NCBI GenBank assembly: GCA_000004695.1
Contig: CM000153.2
Span: 1,760,001-1,824,000 of the forward strand
Reading direction: 5' to 3'
DNA length: 64,000 nucleotides
Source of the DNA: Dictyostelium discoideum
Taxonomy: Eukaryota
The notes under the pieces were generated by a model, which was given only the letters and a program-made list of their open reading frames with translations, did no database searches and was not told the DNA's origin. The position numbers and the translations under genes are program-made. Numbering within the stretch: position 1 is the first letter of the stretch; every line of letters starts with the position of its first letter. Shown one piece after another: positions 46,777-64,000 of the stretch.

Positions 46777-47566
46777 ATGTTTTTTAATAAACTCTTTGGT
46801 GGTAATAGTACACCAACAGAAAACACCAACACACAAACAACAACAACAACAAATGTAAATAATGGTAATAATAACAATAACAACAATAGTGGTGAAAGTA
46901 GTAGATTCTCTTCATTTGGGTTTAATAAAATAACAGTGTCTGCTGAATCATTTAAAAAATTTGGATGTAAGTATACTTTATAGTTTTCAAAATAAAAAAA
47001 AAAATAAAAAAATAAAATAAAATAAAAGATTTTTAATTATATGATTGATTTATTTAGCATCAGTTCAATCATTTGCAAGTAACGTTTATCAAAAGATTGA
47101 AGAAGAAACCAAAAAACTTGTTGAAGAAGGACCAAATACATATTCAGATTGTTCAATGATGCCACCATGGATGGATTTTCAATTAGAGGATAAATCAAAA
47201 CAAACTGAGATTAGAGAGAAACTATTAGATGTAAAAATGAGTAGATCAACATTTTTACAATCACCACCAATTGATGCTGATTATTTTCAAGAGTTTGATG
47301 ATTATTTGGTTAAAATTGCAACTGTTTCTTTAAAATATGATCCAATTTTACAAAAGATTAGATTTCATTTCGTACCTAAATTGTATGTTTCAAAAAAAAA
47401 TACAAAAAAATACACTTAAAATACTAATTTATTAAATTTATTAAATTTAGGATATCAGAAGAACAATTCTGGAAGAATTGGTATTACAGGATTACTTTAC
47501 TTAAAAAACAATATAATATAACAACAAGTACAAATGATATAAAACCAAATAAAGATGAAAAAGAAG

Positions 47567-47614
<48 letters not shown>

Positions 47615-48148
47615 GTAACAACAGCAGCAATAATAATAATAGTAATAATAGTACTAATAAAGAATCATCACCATCACAAGATGAAACTGATATTGGTAAA
47701 TGGGAAAAAGAATTACAATCTGAATTAGACAATTTCGATATAAATGATGTTGTTGATGATGAAGGTAATATTGACTTCTCTTTAAATAATCATTTATTAA
47801 ATGATAATGATGATGATGAAGATTGGGAATCAAAAATAAATTTAGAATTACAACAACAACAGCAACAACAACCATCATCATTAATACAAAAACAAATATC
47901 AAAACAATCATCAACTACATTTTCATCACCAACGATTTCAACAACATTTTCATCACCAGTAACTGATAGTGATGTAGATTTAGAAATTGAAAAAGAATTA
48001 CAAAGAATGTCACAATCAAATATCGTTGATAAAAGTACAACTGATGAATTAATTGAAGAGATTGAAAGTGAAATTCAATTAGCTCAAAAAGATGGTTTAA
48101 TTTTAAATAATATTTTAGATGAAAATTATAGTAACAATAATAATAATG

Positions 48149-48187
<39 letters not shown>

Positions 48188-48384
48188 TTCAGGTATCTGA
48201 AAATGTTTTAGATGATGATGATATAAACAATTGTAGTAATATTGAAATTAATAATAGTAGTATAGAAATTAATGATGATTATAATAACCAAAATAAAATA
48301 ATTAACAATAATGGTGAAGGTGATATTGGTGGTTTAGAGGAAGAAATGGATCAAGTGAGTGGAAATAATTACGAATCTATCTAA
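46777..48384 (+). CDS. BSD-domain protein (SYAP1-like), 3 exons: 46777..46966, 47058..47382, 47451..48384
   Basis: Splicing (GTAAGT phase 1; GTATGT phase 2) gives ...ILQKIRFHFVPKL|ISEEQFWKNWYYRITLLKKQ. This contains the BSD-domain signature hydrophobic-FW-x-YF motif. Poly-N, poly-D and poly-Q low-complexity sequence follows in one continuous frame to 48384. Confidence 0.55.
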
Positions 48385-49448
48385 TAAGAGATTTTAAAAC
48401 CATCTTAATTGGTAATCATAAAAAAAAAAATCATGATGATAATAATAACACCAACAATATAAATAGTAATTAAATGTATAAATAAAACAAAAAGGGGTCA
48501 TTTTTGGCCTTAAAGTGCTAAGAAGAAGGGGGTGTGTTGTTCTTTTTTTAGATCAAATGTTATTTTTAAAAAAAAAAAAAATAAAAAATAAAAAATAAAA
48601 AATAAAAAATAAAAAAAAAAAATAATAATCACACACATACACACACACATTCATTTTTTTTAATTTTTTAATTTTTTTATTTTTTTATTTTTTTATTTTT
48701 TTATTTTTTTATTTTATTTTTTATTTTTTTCTATTTTTAAATATACATTATCAAAATATTAATAAAATTATAATTTTTTTTTTTTTTTTTCTTTTCTTGA
48801 TCGTTTAACAAAATAATCTTTTTTTTTTTTTTTTTACCCTAATTAATATTATTTCTTTTTATTCAATTCTAGTTTATATTATTATTATTATTTTTTTTTT
48901 CAATTCTTTATCTAAATATAAAATTAATGTTATTTTGTGTTAATTCATCTGTGTGTTTTTTGTGTACGTGTGTTAATAAAAGATTTAATACATACCTTTT
49001 TTAATTAAATTTTTTCAATTAATTATTTTTTAAAAAAATATTTTATATAAAAAGAATTGTGCAGTTATTTTACTTTTTAAAATTATTTTAATTACATTTT
49101 TACATATATAAACATATTTATACATTTTCATACATTTTTTGGTTTTTTAATATAAAAATAAAATAAATTAAAAAAAAAAAAAATAAAAAAAATAAAAAAA
49201 AAAAAAAAAAAAAAAGTTTAACAAATAATTATTTTAAATATAAATTTTTTTTTTTTTTTTTAATAGTAATATTTCACCCATAATCAAAAATTATTTATCA
49301 ACATATTTTAAAAAAATAATTATATCTTATATAAATATTTAAAACATATAAAATAAATAAATAAATAAATTTGAATATATATATATACATATATATAAAA
49401 CTATATAAATATATATTTATATAGTTGACATATCTTAATATATAAATA

Positions 49449-50192
49449 ATGGGGGAATTTTCAAAATCAATTAATAATGGTAGTTCTTGGATAAGTTTCT
49501 TAAATGAAATTAAACCTGAAGATGATGAAAAATCAATTCAAAATCAAAATATAATTGATGAAAATGAAAACTATAATTATTATTTAAAAAATACAAATAG
49601 TAATCATAGTAATGGTTATAGAGATATTAGAAATAGTTTTATTTTTAAAGATTTCCCAGATTCAACAATATTTAATGAAGAAGAAAGATGTACTATATTA
49701 AAGTCTATTCAAGCTAATCAAACCAATACACCAACACTTGAAGGAATAAAGAGTGCAGAGAATAATTATGTTCGTAGACTAGCTTTAAAAAAGAATAGAT
49801 TCAGTTTAGATAATCAAGATTATAAAGGTTCTTTAAAATTAAAAATGGCTTCTGAAGAAATTGATAAATTAATATTTTCTTTAAATACTCCAAGAGTTAA
49901 TAATAGTGATGATAATGATAATAAAAATAATAGTGAAAATAATGAAAATAATGATAGTATTTTAGAACTTCAAAAACCAACAATAAATTCAATTTTGGAA
50001 GAGGAGGAGGAAGAAGAAGGAGGAGTAGAATTAGAACCTATATTTATCAAACCAAATGAAATTGAAACAATTCCAAAGAAAAGTTTATCATTTATGGAAG
50101 ATGATTTTCTTAAAAATCTTGATTTAATAAATTGTAGAATGTTAATGAATAATACATTTAAAGAGGATATAAAACATGATGAAGATGATTTA

Positions 50193-50252
<60 letters not shown>

Positions 50253-50664
50253 GAGAAATTAGATAAAATCATTGAAGAAGAAGAAGAGGTAGAATTAGAG
50301 AATGTTAAAGAATTTGTATTAAATAATCAAAAAGAGGATAAAAAAGAAGAAACTGAAGAGTTTCTTGAAATTAAAGAGACTTTTATGAAATTAGGAGAAA
50401 TAATACCAGCAAAAAATGAAATAAAGATGGATCATCTCATTGAATTATCAATAGAATGTGAAATGTTGGAAGAATGTCCAATATGTTTAAATGAAATCGA
50501 TTCAATAAATGTATTCAAATTTAGTCCTTGTTCACATAGATATTGTGTGGACTGTGTAAGAAAATATTTCACTGATTTAATTTTTAGACAAACTGAAATC
50601 GTCTGTCCACATCCGAAATGTGATAGTGTTGTCCATGATTTTAAAATTGTAATTATAATTATTA

Positions 50665-50758
<94 letters not shown>

Positions 50759-51827
50759 ATTATTATTATTATTATATACCCTTTATTAATTTTTTTTTTT
50801 TTTATAAATTTAAAATTTTCTAGAAAGAAGTAGTTGGATTAACAATATTTAAAAAGTTTGAAATGTATAAACATTTGAAAAATTTAAAGAGTGATAATAT
50901 AATATATTGTAGAAGTTGTCAAAATCCAATTCCATATAAAGCAGTAGTGGCTCTTAATTGTAGCATTAGTGCAAATGGAGGTACAAGTAGTAGTAGTGGA
51001 AGTAGTGGTATTAATAGTAATGATGGAGCAACGGATAATAAAAATGGTAGTATTAATGGAATGAGTGTAGTTGTATGCGATTCAAATGGATGTGGTACAA
51101 AACATTGTATTGAATGTTTATCACTTGAACATCCAGATAGAACTTGTAAAGAGAATCAAAAAATTATTCACGATGCATTATCACCAGAGGAATTGAAAAC
51201 TTTGAAATATTTAGAATTAAATCAAATTAAACAATGTCCAAAATGTGGTGTATTATGTTCAAAAGCTGATGGTTGTGAATACGTTATGTGTTTAACTTGT
51301 AATTATCAATTGTAAGTAAAAAAAAAAAAAAACATTTAAATATATCTATTCTTATTTTTTTTATTTTATTTTTAATTAACTTTTTTTTTTTTTTTAATAA
51401 TAATAATTAAAGTTGTTTTTTATGTTTAGAAGTACATGATCATAATCTTGCAAATCATGTTCATGGTCCGAAATATCAAGAAGAGATTATTACATCAGAC
51501 AATCTTTATGGAAATTATTATAATAGAGGTTATCAAAATGGTAATAAACATAAGAAATTGAAAAAGATTTGTAAAAATATTTTAATTGGTGCTGGAATTG
51601 TAATCGCAACTCCAATTGCCGTATCAGTAGTTGCTGTGGCTGCAATACCTTATGGGGTCTATTATCTCGCTAAAAAGAATGAAGAAAGAAAAAAGAAAAA
51701 GAAAACTAAAAAATTTGAGAGATGGGCCAATGGTGAATATAAAAGAAGAAAAGAAATGGGTGTTGATGTTAGTCCATATATCGAATTTGCTGCCAATAAC
51801 TATGCTGTAAATCACAAAGCAAAATAA
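49449..51827 (+). CDS. RBR-type (RING1-IBR-RING2) E3 ubiquitin ligase with C-terminal transmembrane anchor (RNF144/RNF19-like), 3 exons: 49449..50648, 50824..51311, 51413..51827
   Basis: RING1 reads ECPICLNEIDSINVFKFSPCSHRYCVDCVRKYFTDLIFRQTEIVCPHPKCD. The IBR reads CRSCQNPIPYK...CDSNGCGTKHCIECLSLEHPDRTC. RING2 is split by an intron in phase 2: QCPKCGVLCSKADGCEYVMCLTCNYQ|FCFLCLEVHDHNLANH. A hydrophobic helix (ILIGAGIVIATPIAVSVVAVAAIPYGVYYL) is followed by a K-rich tail. Intron 1 (50649..50823) is essentially a pure (TTA)n microsatellite. Confidence 0.7.
50652..50790. repeat. (TTA)n microsatellite, about 45 units, forming most of intron 1 of the RBR ligase gene
   Basis: Pure attatt... repeat between a GTAATT donor (50649) and an AG acceptor (50823). 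Confidence 0.9.
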
Positions 51828-52015
51828 ATAAAAAGAATTATTTTTTAAATTTAAAAAAAAAAAAAAAACAAAAAAAAAACATATATATATAAATAAAATA
51901 AAAAGAAATTAAAAATTGTTAAGATAATTAATTTAAAAAAATGAGAAAAAAAAAAGGAATAATAATAATAATTATTATAATTATATACTATATGTAAATA
52001 TTATTACTATTATTA

Positions 52016-52050
<35 letters not shown>

Positions 52051-52051
52051 T

Positions 52052-52089
<38 letters not shown>

Positions 52090-52259
52090 CATTCCACAAA
52101 AAAAATACAAAAAATAATAACAACACACCAATTTGTTTTTAATAATTTGATAGGAAAAGTGGGTGAGGGGTACTGAAAAAAGAAATTTTTGCTGTTTGCC
52201 TATCATTTTTTTATATTTCAAAAAGTAATCTTGTGGTAGAACAAAATACTTTATCAAAT

Positions 52260-52300
<41 letters not shown>

Positions 52301-52404
52301 TAATGTTATTTTCAAAAATTATTTATGTAAATTACAAACATATAATTTTTTTTTTTTTTTTTTATTATTATTATTATTTTTTTATTTATTAACTGATCAT
52401 CAAA

Positions 52405-53706
52405 ATGTTGAGCCATATAAACATTATTTATATTATTTGGATTTTGTTATTTTTTTTTACATGTTTAATTAGCTTTTTTTTAGTAAATAGACATTTAGTT
52501 AATTACTCCTCTCCAAATGTTCAAAAAAATGTTGTAAGAATTGTAATGTTTCTCCCATTAAATTCCGGTCTCAGTATTTTATCATCTATCTTCCCAGGAA
52601 TAGCTATTTTCAATAGCCTTGTTAGAAATTGGTATGATAAAAATGAAAATTTTAATTTTTTGGTAAATTAAAATTGAAATTAATTTTTTTTTTATTTTTC
52701 AAGCTACATGGCTTTTACAGCTCATTGCTTTTTCTCAATGATGACAAATTCAATTGGAGAAAAAAATATGCTAGATTTGTTTGAATCCCAAGGAAAAATG
52801 AAATTTTTGTGTTGCAAAGTAATGAAGCTAAATAGGTTAGTAAAAAAAATTTTAATTATTATCACTATATTTATTTTTATTTTTTAAATACCTAAAACTA
52901 ATATAATGTTTTTTTTATTTAATTTTTAAAAGAAAATTATTTAATACTTTAAGATTTGGATCAATCCAATTTTTTATTGTAAAAATTTTTTGCTCCATTG
53001 CAACAATTACCTGCATTTCAATCAGTGAAGAAGTTCATTCTATTTTAAATGTTCAATCCTTTGCTCCATATGAATTTTTAATTTCTTTGGTTGCCTCAAT
53101 TTTCTGTACTATCTCATTATCAATATTCCTTGCCATTAGTAAAGAAAAATTAAGTCAGTATTGGCCAATGACCAAGTATAGAATTATGATATTCATTTTC
53201 TTTATTGAACAATTTGAATATCTTTTCTTTGCACTTATTTTCTTGAGAGGTCCTTTTTTTTTAGGTTTTAAAAACTCCTTTGATCAAACTATTTTTATAC
53301 TTGTAAGTATTATTAAATATATAAACCAAATATTATTTGTATTAATATTTTTCTTTTTTTTATTGAAAAAAAAAAAAAAAAAAAAAAGCACTTTACAGTT
53401 GTTGTTACAATGTTTTTGTTCTCAATTGTTTATCTTTTCATTTACTCTTATAAAAACTATAGAAATAAAGCTTCAAATGAACCTTTAGTTGGAAGAAATT
53501 TTAAAGACTCCTTTGGTTTATTAAATTATTTGGATGTATTAAATCCAAAAGATTTGTTTATTGACTTTGCTAGCATTTTCAAAACAAATAATAACAAATT
53601 TAAAGAGTTGGTTGAAGAAAATGGTGATAAAAAACCAAAGAAAAATATTGAAGATCAAAACCAAGAAAATAGTAATGACCAACCACTATCAATCCAAATG
53701 GCTTAG
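52405..53706 (+). CDS. Multi-pass membrane protein, TMEM184/OST-alpha-like (Solute_trans_a family), about 4 exons (first 52405..52662, last about 53395..53706; internal boundaries uncertain)
   Basis: Hydrophobic exons are separated by AT-rich introns: MLSHINIIYIIWILLFFFTCLISFF...VVRIVMFLPLNSGLSILSSIF; YMAFTAHCFFSMM...; IATITCISISEEVHSILNVQSFAPYEFLISLVASIFCTISLSIFLAI...IMIFIFFIEQFEYLFFALIFLRGPFFLGF. The charged C-terminal tail reads RNFKDSFGLLNYLDVLNPKDLF. The family assignment is from overall pattern only. Confidence 0.35.
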
Positions 53707-53904
53707 TTGGATTTCAAAGGAATCAAAAATTTTGAATCTTCAAATTGAAACCAAATATTTTTATTGGTTATATAAAAAATGGAAATAAATAAATAAATAA
53801 ATTAATAAATAAATAAATAAATAAATAAAAAAAAAAAAAAAAAAAGAATTAATTTTTTTAATAAATACAAATTATCAATTTATTTAAACCTTTTTATTGA
53901 ACTT

Positions 53905-59443
<5,539 letters not shown>

Positions 59444-59487
59444 TTATATATTATATATATTTGACCCCTCTCCTTATGAGTGGATGG

Positions 59488-59530
<43 letters not shown>

Positions 59531-60135
59531 CAAAAATAGAATTTATTATTATAGGTATGTATATATATTTATTAGGTTTTTTTTTTTTTGTTTTTTTAAT
59601 TACTATTATTATTATTATTTAAAAAAAGATATAGTTTTTTATTTTATTTTATTAATACAATGAAAATAAATAATTATGGTACAATAATGTGACTGAATAA
59701 ATATTTTTTTTATATAAAAAAAAAAATTGTCACGAGATAAAATGTTTGTCAAAAAATAAAAATAAAAAAAAAATAAAAGACTATTATTTCATAAGGTAAT
59801 TATGAATGTGTTTGTGAGTTTATGAATAACAAAACAAAAAACCACAAATATCAAAAAAAAAAAAAAAGAAAAAAAATAAAAAAAAGTGTTTGTTGTGTGT
59901 ATATGTGTGTACACAAAAGATCGAAATATAAAAAAAAAAAGAGAGTTAAAAGGATAAATAGCGTGTTTTTTAGTTTTTTTTTTTCTGTGCACGATTTGAA
60001 TTTTTTTTTTTTTTTTTTATTTTTTCAGTTTTTTTTTTTTTTTTATTTTTTTTTAAAATTTTGTGAAACATTTGGATGGATTTGCACTCGCATTTGCAAA
60101 TATTGAAATTATACCAAAAAAAAAAAAAAAAAAAT

Positions 60136-60166
<31 letters not shown>

Positions 60167-60422
60167 TTGGTTTCAAACAATTATTATAATAATTTTATAT
60201 ACAATTAAAATATGGACCAACCTAACACTTTTTTTTTTTTTGTTCAGATTCAATTATTTTTTTTATTTTTAATTTAATTTTTAATTTTTAATTTTTAATT
60301 TTTAATTTTTTTTTTTTTTTTTTTTTTATATTCAAATTAAAAACCGTTTACAATTGGATTAAAAAAAGTTGTATGGGTTCAAATCTCAAGATTAAAAAAA
60401 ATAATAAAAAAATAAAAAAACA

Positions 60423-60530
60423 ATGTCAGATATCGATGATTTTGAGTCAGATGGTGAGGGTGGAAAAATTTACAAAAAGTTTGTTATTGACCATAAAAAA
60501 AGAAAACAACACCAGTTAAAAACAAAATTA

Positions 60531-60594
<64 letters not shown>

Positions 60595-61487
60595 TTAATA
60601 ACAATTCATCATCTTTAAAAGCCAAACAATTAAAATCTACGATTACCACAACTACAACAACAACATCAAAAAAAAAGCAGCGACCAATTATCTCACTCGA
60701 GAGTGATAGTGATGAAACAGAAGATGAAATTGGCTATATAAAAAAAAAAACCACCACAACCACTTTAAAACCCAAATACCCAACAACAACCACTTCAACA
60801 TCAACATCAACAAGTAATAGACCTAAAAATGACCTAATATTTGATGATGAGGTTGATGAAGATAATAATAATAATAATAATTTAGATGAAGATAGGCCAA
60901 TTTTCAAACCCAATAAAAAGAAAAGAGCATCTATTAATGATGAAATTGAAAATGATGATAATGATGAAGATAATAGTACTGTTAGCAATTATGATAAATA
61001 TAAAACATTTGATGAATTGGATGGAAATGACAAATTCAATAATAATAATAATAGTAATAAACCAACAAAAAAGAAAACAACAACAACAACAACAACAACA
61101 AATAAAATTGATAAATTTGATAGTAATACAATTGATAAAATTAAACAATCACTTCATTATTCAGTAATTAAAGTATCAGAAGAACAAGCAAATAAATTTA
61201 ATGTTGGTATTACAAAGGAAACAATGTCATCTTTGTCGGAATTAATTTTCAACGTTACAAAAGATTTAGTTTCAAAAGATTTAGTTTCGTTCGCTCAACA
61301 TGCAAAAAGACCAACAAAGATAACTGTCGATGATGTTAAACTTTTAGCTCGTAGAAATGATTCCCTTTTAAATTCTTTACTTTTAAAAGAAACTGAAAGA
61401 GAAAGAGAATTAGAACTACAAGAAGTAGTAAATAAATCAAGTAAAAAGAAAGACAATAATAATAATATTATTCAATTTGATGATTAA
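60423..61487 (+). CDS. CENP-S / MHF1 (FANCM-associated histone-fold protein 1) homolog with about 250-aa low-complexity N-terminal extension
   Basis: The C-terminal histone-fold reads IDKIKQSLHYSVIKVSEEQANKFNVGITKETMSSLSELIFNVTKDLVSKDLVSFAQHAKRPTKITVDDVKLLARRNDSLLNSLL. It is colinear with human CENP-S (LKAAVHYTVGCLCEEVALDKEMQFSKQTIAAISELTFRQCENFAKDLEMFASHAKRTTINTEDVKLLARRSNSLLKYI). Confidence 0.75.
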
Positions 61488-61555
61488 AAACAAATAAAGA
61501 TATAATTTATATTTATTTTATTTTATTTTAATTTTAATTTTAATTTTGTTTTATC

Positions 61556-62490
61556 TTATTTTTCTAAAACAACATTTGAATTAAATTCTCTTTGAGAAGT
61601 AACTTGATCTTGTAAATCTTTAATTTTACGATCAACACCAATGAATGTTTCTTTTGGACCAATGAATAAATTATATGGGAGTTCTTGTTGATTAGCATAA
61701 TGATTTACAACTAAATCTGCTAATTTTTTAACATCACCTTGAGTTAATATTTTCATGAATGGGGTAATCATTTTGGACCAGAAATTTTGAGTATCATATT
61801 CTGGAATCATGTTGGAAACTAAAGCATTTTCAGAAACTACATGGTTTTGGAAATTGGTCATAAAATGACCTAGAACAAGACATGTTACTTTAATATTGAA
61901 TGGTTTAACATCAGCACCCAAACCTTGACTAATACTATTAAGTGCTGATTTAGCACTTGCATAAGCACCATAACGAGGGTGAGCATTAATACCAGCAATT
62001 GAACCTACATTAAAAATGTATCCAAATTTTTTTGAACGCATATGTGGGAGAACTGATCTAATGACTCGAAGTGGATAGAAAACTAAGGATTCAAAGAGAT
62101 CTTGGTAATCTTGTTCAGTACCTTCTTCAATTGCACCAACGACAGCATATCCGGCACAATTCACAACATGAGTTAGGTCACCAAAATGTTTAATTGTTTT
62201 TTCAACAGAATCCTTAATGTTTTGTTCATTCTTAATATCAATTTCCAAACCAAGGAAATTTGGGTTATTGGCAAAACTTAATTTTTCAATTTTTTTAATA
62301 TCACGTGATGTACCTGCAACTTTACAATTTGGATTTGCAAAAATCTTTTCAATTAATGCTTGTGCAACCCCACTAGTACATCCTAAATAATATATAAATA
62401 TTAATATTAATTTTTAAAAACTTTTTTTTTTTTTTTTCAATACTTACCTGTTATATACCAAACACGATTATCTTGAGTTCCTGAATCCAT
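61556..62490 (-). CDS. Short-chain dehydrogenase/reductase (SDR family), 2 exons: 62490..62448, 62382..61556
   Basis: Exon 1 reads MDSGTQDNRVWYIT and has a GTAAGT donor in phase 1. Exon 2 reads GCTSGVAQALIEKIF (TGxxxGxG Rossmann motif) ... VNCAG ... YGAYASAKSA (YxxxK catalytic motif). Confidence 0.75.
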
Positions 62491-62785
62491 AGTTTTATTT
62501 ACTTATAGTTTTTAAAATGAATCAAAAAAAAAAAAAAAAAAAAAATTTTCTATTTGTATAAATTTTTTTTCTTTTGTTTTTCTTTTTTTTTTTTTTTTTT
62601 TTGTATGAAATCATATTACTATAATTATGATGTTATTTTCATTGACTCCTTTTCCAAAAATAATTATTTGCTGTAAATAAAAATTTTTGGTATAAAGGAT
62701 AGTTTCTGAGATTTTTCACAAAAATCCGGTAAAAGTTTTATTTTATTGGTTAAATGAGAAACTGAAAAATCTTAAAAATTAAAAA

Positions 62786-62821
<36 letters not shown>

Positions 62822-63078
62822 ATTATTAACTAAATTATTTTATTTAACTTTTTTGGAAATGTTTTAACAAAACATTTAATTTTTAGATTATTAACCTTTT
62901 GAAATTTCAACAATAGAATAAACATTAATAATTATTTTAGCAGATCTTTTTACAATAACCAATCGATTGTTTCTTTATCTTTAATTGTAACAATCATATC
63001 ATTATCAATTAGATTTGAGGTAATTTCTTTCCATTTCTATGATGATTCATTACGTAAAATTGAATGTAATTGTTTTAG

Positions 63079-64000
63079 TTACAGATCAATATTTTTTGGT
63101 TTTGATTTATAGAACATTATAAATGGTTCCAATTGGTGTTTATATTTTTTAAATAAGTAATCTATAATATCTTGCTTATCTGAAAAATTTTTGTATATAA
63201 TTATACCAAACCATTCAACCATATTAGATGATAATGGTTTATCCGAATAACAATTCTCTAATTCGTTTAAAACCCTGTTGTTATTCGAACCCTCTTGTTC
63301 ATCATTACCATTATGACTCTCAAATAAAGTATCTAATATAATAAATGATTCTAAATCAAATGTTTTAATTATTAATTTCAATACATTATATTCTAAAAAT
63401 GGTTTTTTTAAACGATTTTCCTTTCTGAATTTTAATTCATTTTCGAAATAATGTAAAAATAAATTAATTCTTGGATTATTATGATCCAAAAGTATTTTAG
63501 AAAATGTTTTTATATTAAGTCTAACTTTACCAATATCAATCACTGTTGAAATTATAAATTGGTATAAATCGTTATTATTTCTACTTGTAAATATGTATTC
63601 GAACGTATATACTGATGTATTTAAATTATAATAAAGTAATGGTCTTTTATCATCGCCACTCTTAGGATCTCTAAAAATGGTAATATATGATGCAATAATT
63701 GGAGATAATATTTTTAAATAATAGTATGAAATGTGAGCTGAACGATCTATTTCAATATAGTTTGATATTAATTGATGAGCTGTTTTGATTTGATCAATTG
63801 TTAAATTATTGACTCTAATTAACTTTAAATATAAGAAATTTAATATTAATGATAGATTTGGTAATGATAATTGACAATCTTTAAATTTATTAATTAAAAA
63901 TAGAATCATATCAATTAAATCTTTATATAAATATTTGGATGTATAGATTCTATCATGATTATGATCTTTAAATGCTTTTTCATTTAATATTAAATCTTTA
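63079..64000 (-). CDS. Hypothetical protein (partial; ORF continues to or near the window edge), no recognisable domain
   Basis: The 276-aa ORF has normal (non-repeat) amino-acid composition and a codon-like look. No motif was recognised. The 5' end is probably outside the window or in a further upstream exon. Confidence 0.35.
   Translation of the reverse strand, partial: KDLILNEKAFKDHNHDRIYTSKYLYKDLIDMILFLINKFKDCQLSLPNLSLILNFLYLKLIRVNNLTIDQIKTAHQLISNYIEIDRSAHISYYYLKILSPIIASYITIFRDPKSGDDKRPLLYYNLNTSVYTFEYIFTSRNNNDLYQFIISTVIDIGKVRLNIKTFSKILLDHNNPRINLFLHYFENELKFRKENRLKKPFLEYNVLKLIIKTFDLESFIILDTLFESHNGNDEQEGSNNNRVLNELENCYSDKPLSSNMVEWFGIIIYKNFSDKQDIIDYLFKKYKHQLEPFIMFYKSKPKNIDL

Noticed and set aside
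51558-51827. ORF 51558..51827 as a separate small membrane protein gene, with antisense ORF 51624..51815
   Set aside because: It is the last exon (RING2 end plus TM anchor) of the RBR ligase, joined through a phase-2 intron. The antisense ORF is a chance frame.

Overview
The window is a very AT-rich eukaryotic nuclear segment with the hallmarks of Dictyostelium discoideum. It has long homopolymer A/T runs, (AAT)n/(CAA)n microsatellites translated as poly-Asn and poly-Gln inside ORFs, and short AT-rich introns bounded by GTAAGT/GTATGT and AG. There are no prokaryotic features such as CRISPR arrays or operons. I can support about 22 protein-coding genes. Most are split by 1-5 short introns, which I reconstructed by hand from donor/acceptor sites and phase. 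In window order the genes are: a 6-exon PTB/hnRNP-L-like RRM protein; a poly-Q/poly-N C2H2 zinc-finger protein; DPH1; the PPIL2/Cyp60 U-box cyclophilin; a TPR-MYND-SET (SMYD-like) methyltransferase; a DPE2-type GH77 4-alpha-glucanotransferase with two CBM20 domains; a syntaxin-6-like Qc-SNARE; a small secreted CBM49-like protein; an annexin; a DNAJC11-like J protein; inorganic pyrophosphatase; eIF2A; a BSD-domain protein; an RNF144-like RBR E3 ligase with a C-terminal transmembrane (TM) helix; a TMEM184-like membrane protein; a 1771-aa RCC1 + inositol-5-phosphatase protein (Dd5P2-like); a CENP-S/MHF1 histone-fold protein; a short-chain dehydrogenase/reductase (SDR); and a partial hypothetical gene. 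There is also one tRNA-Lys(UUU) gene on the minus strand with a downstream external B box. A cluster of poly(A)-terminated retroelement fragments sharing one direct repeat sits just upstream of that tRNA, which looks like a TRE-type tRNA-targeted insertion hotspot. A frameshifted IPT/TIG-EGF-TM cell-surface pseudogene (tgr-like) lies nearby. The most unusual large-scale feature is a roughly 13.9-kb stretch (4.0-17.9 kb) with no credible coding potential. It contains a roughly 1-kb G-depleted C/A-rich block, dinucleotide microsatellites and DUSE-like motifs. I found no evidence of a bacterial-style defence or mobile system; the accessory content here is the tRNA/retroelement/pseudogene locus and the gene desert.
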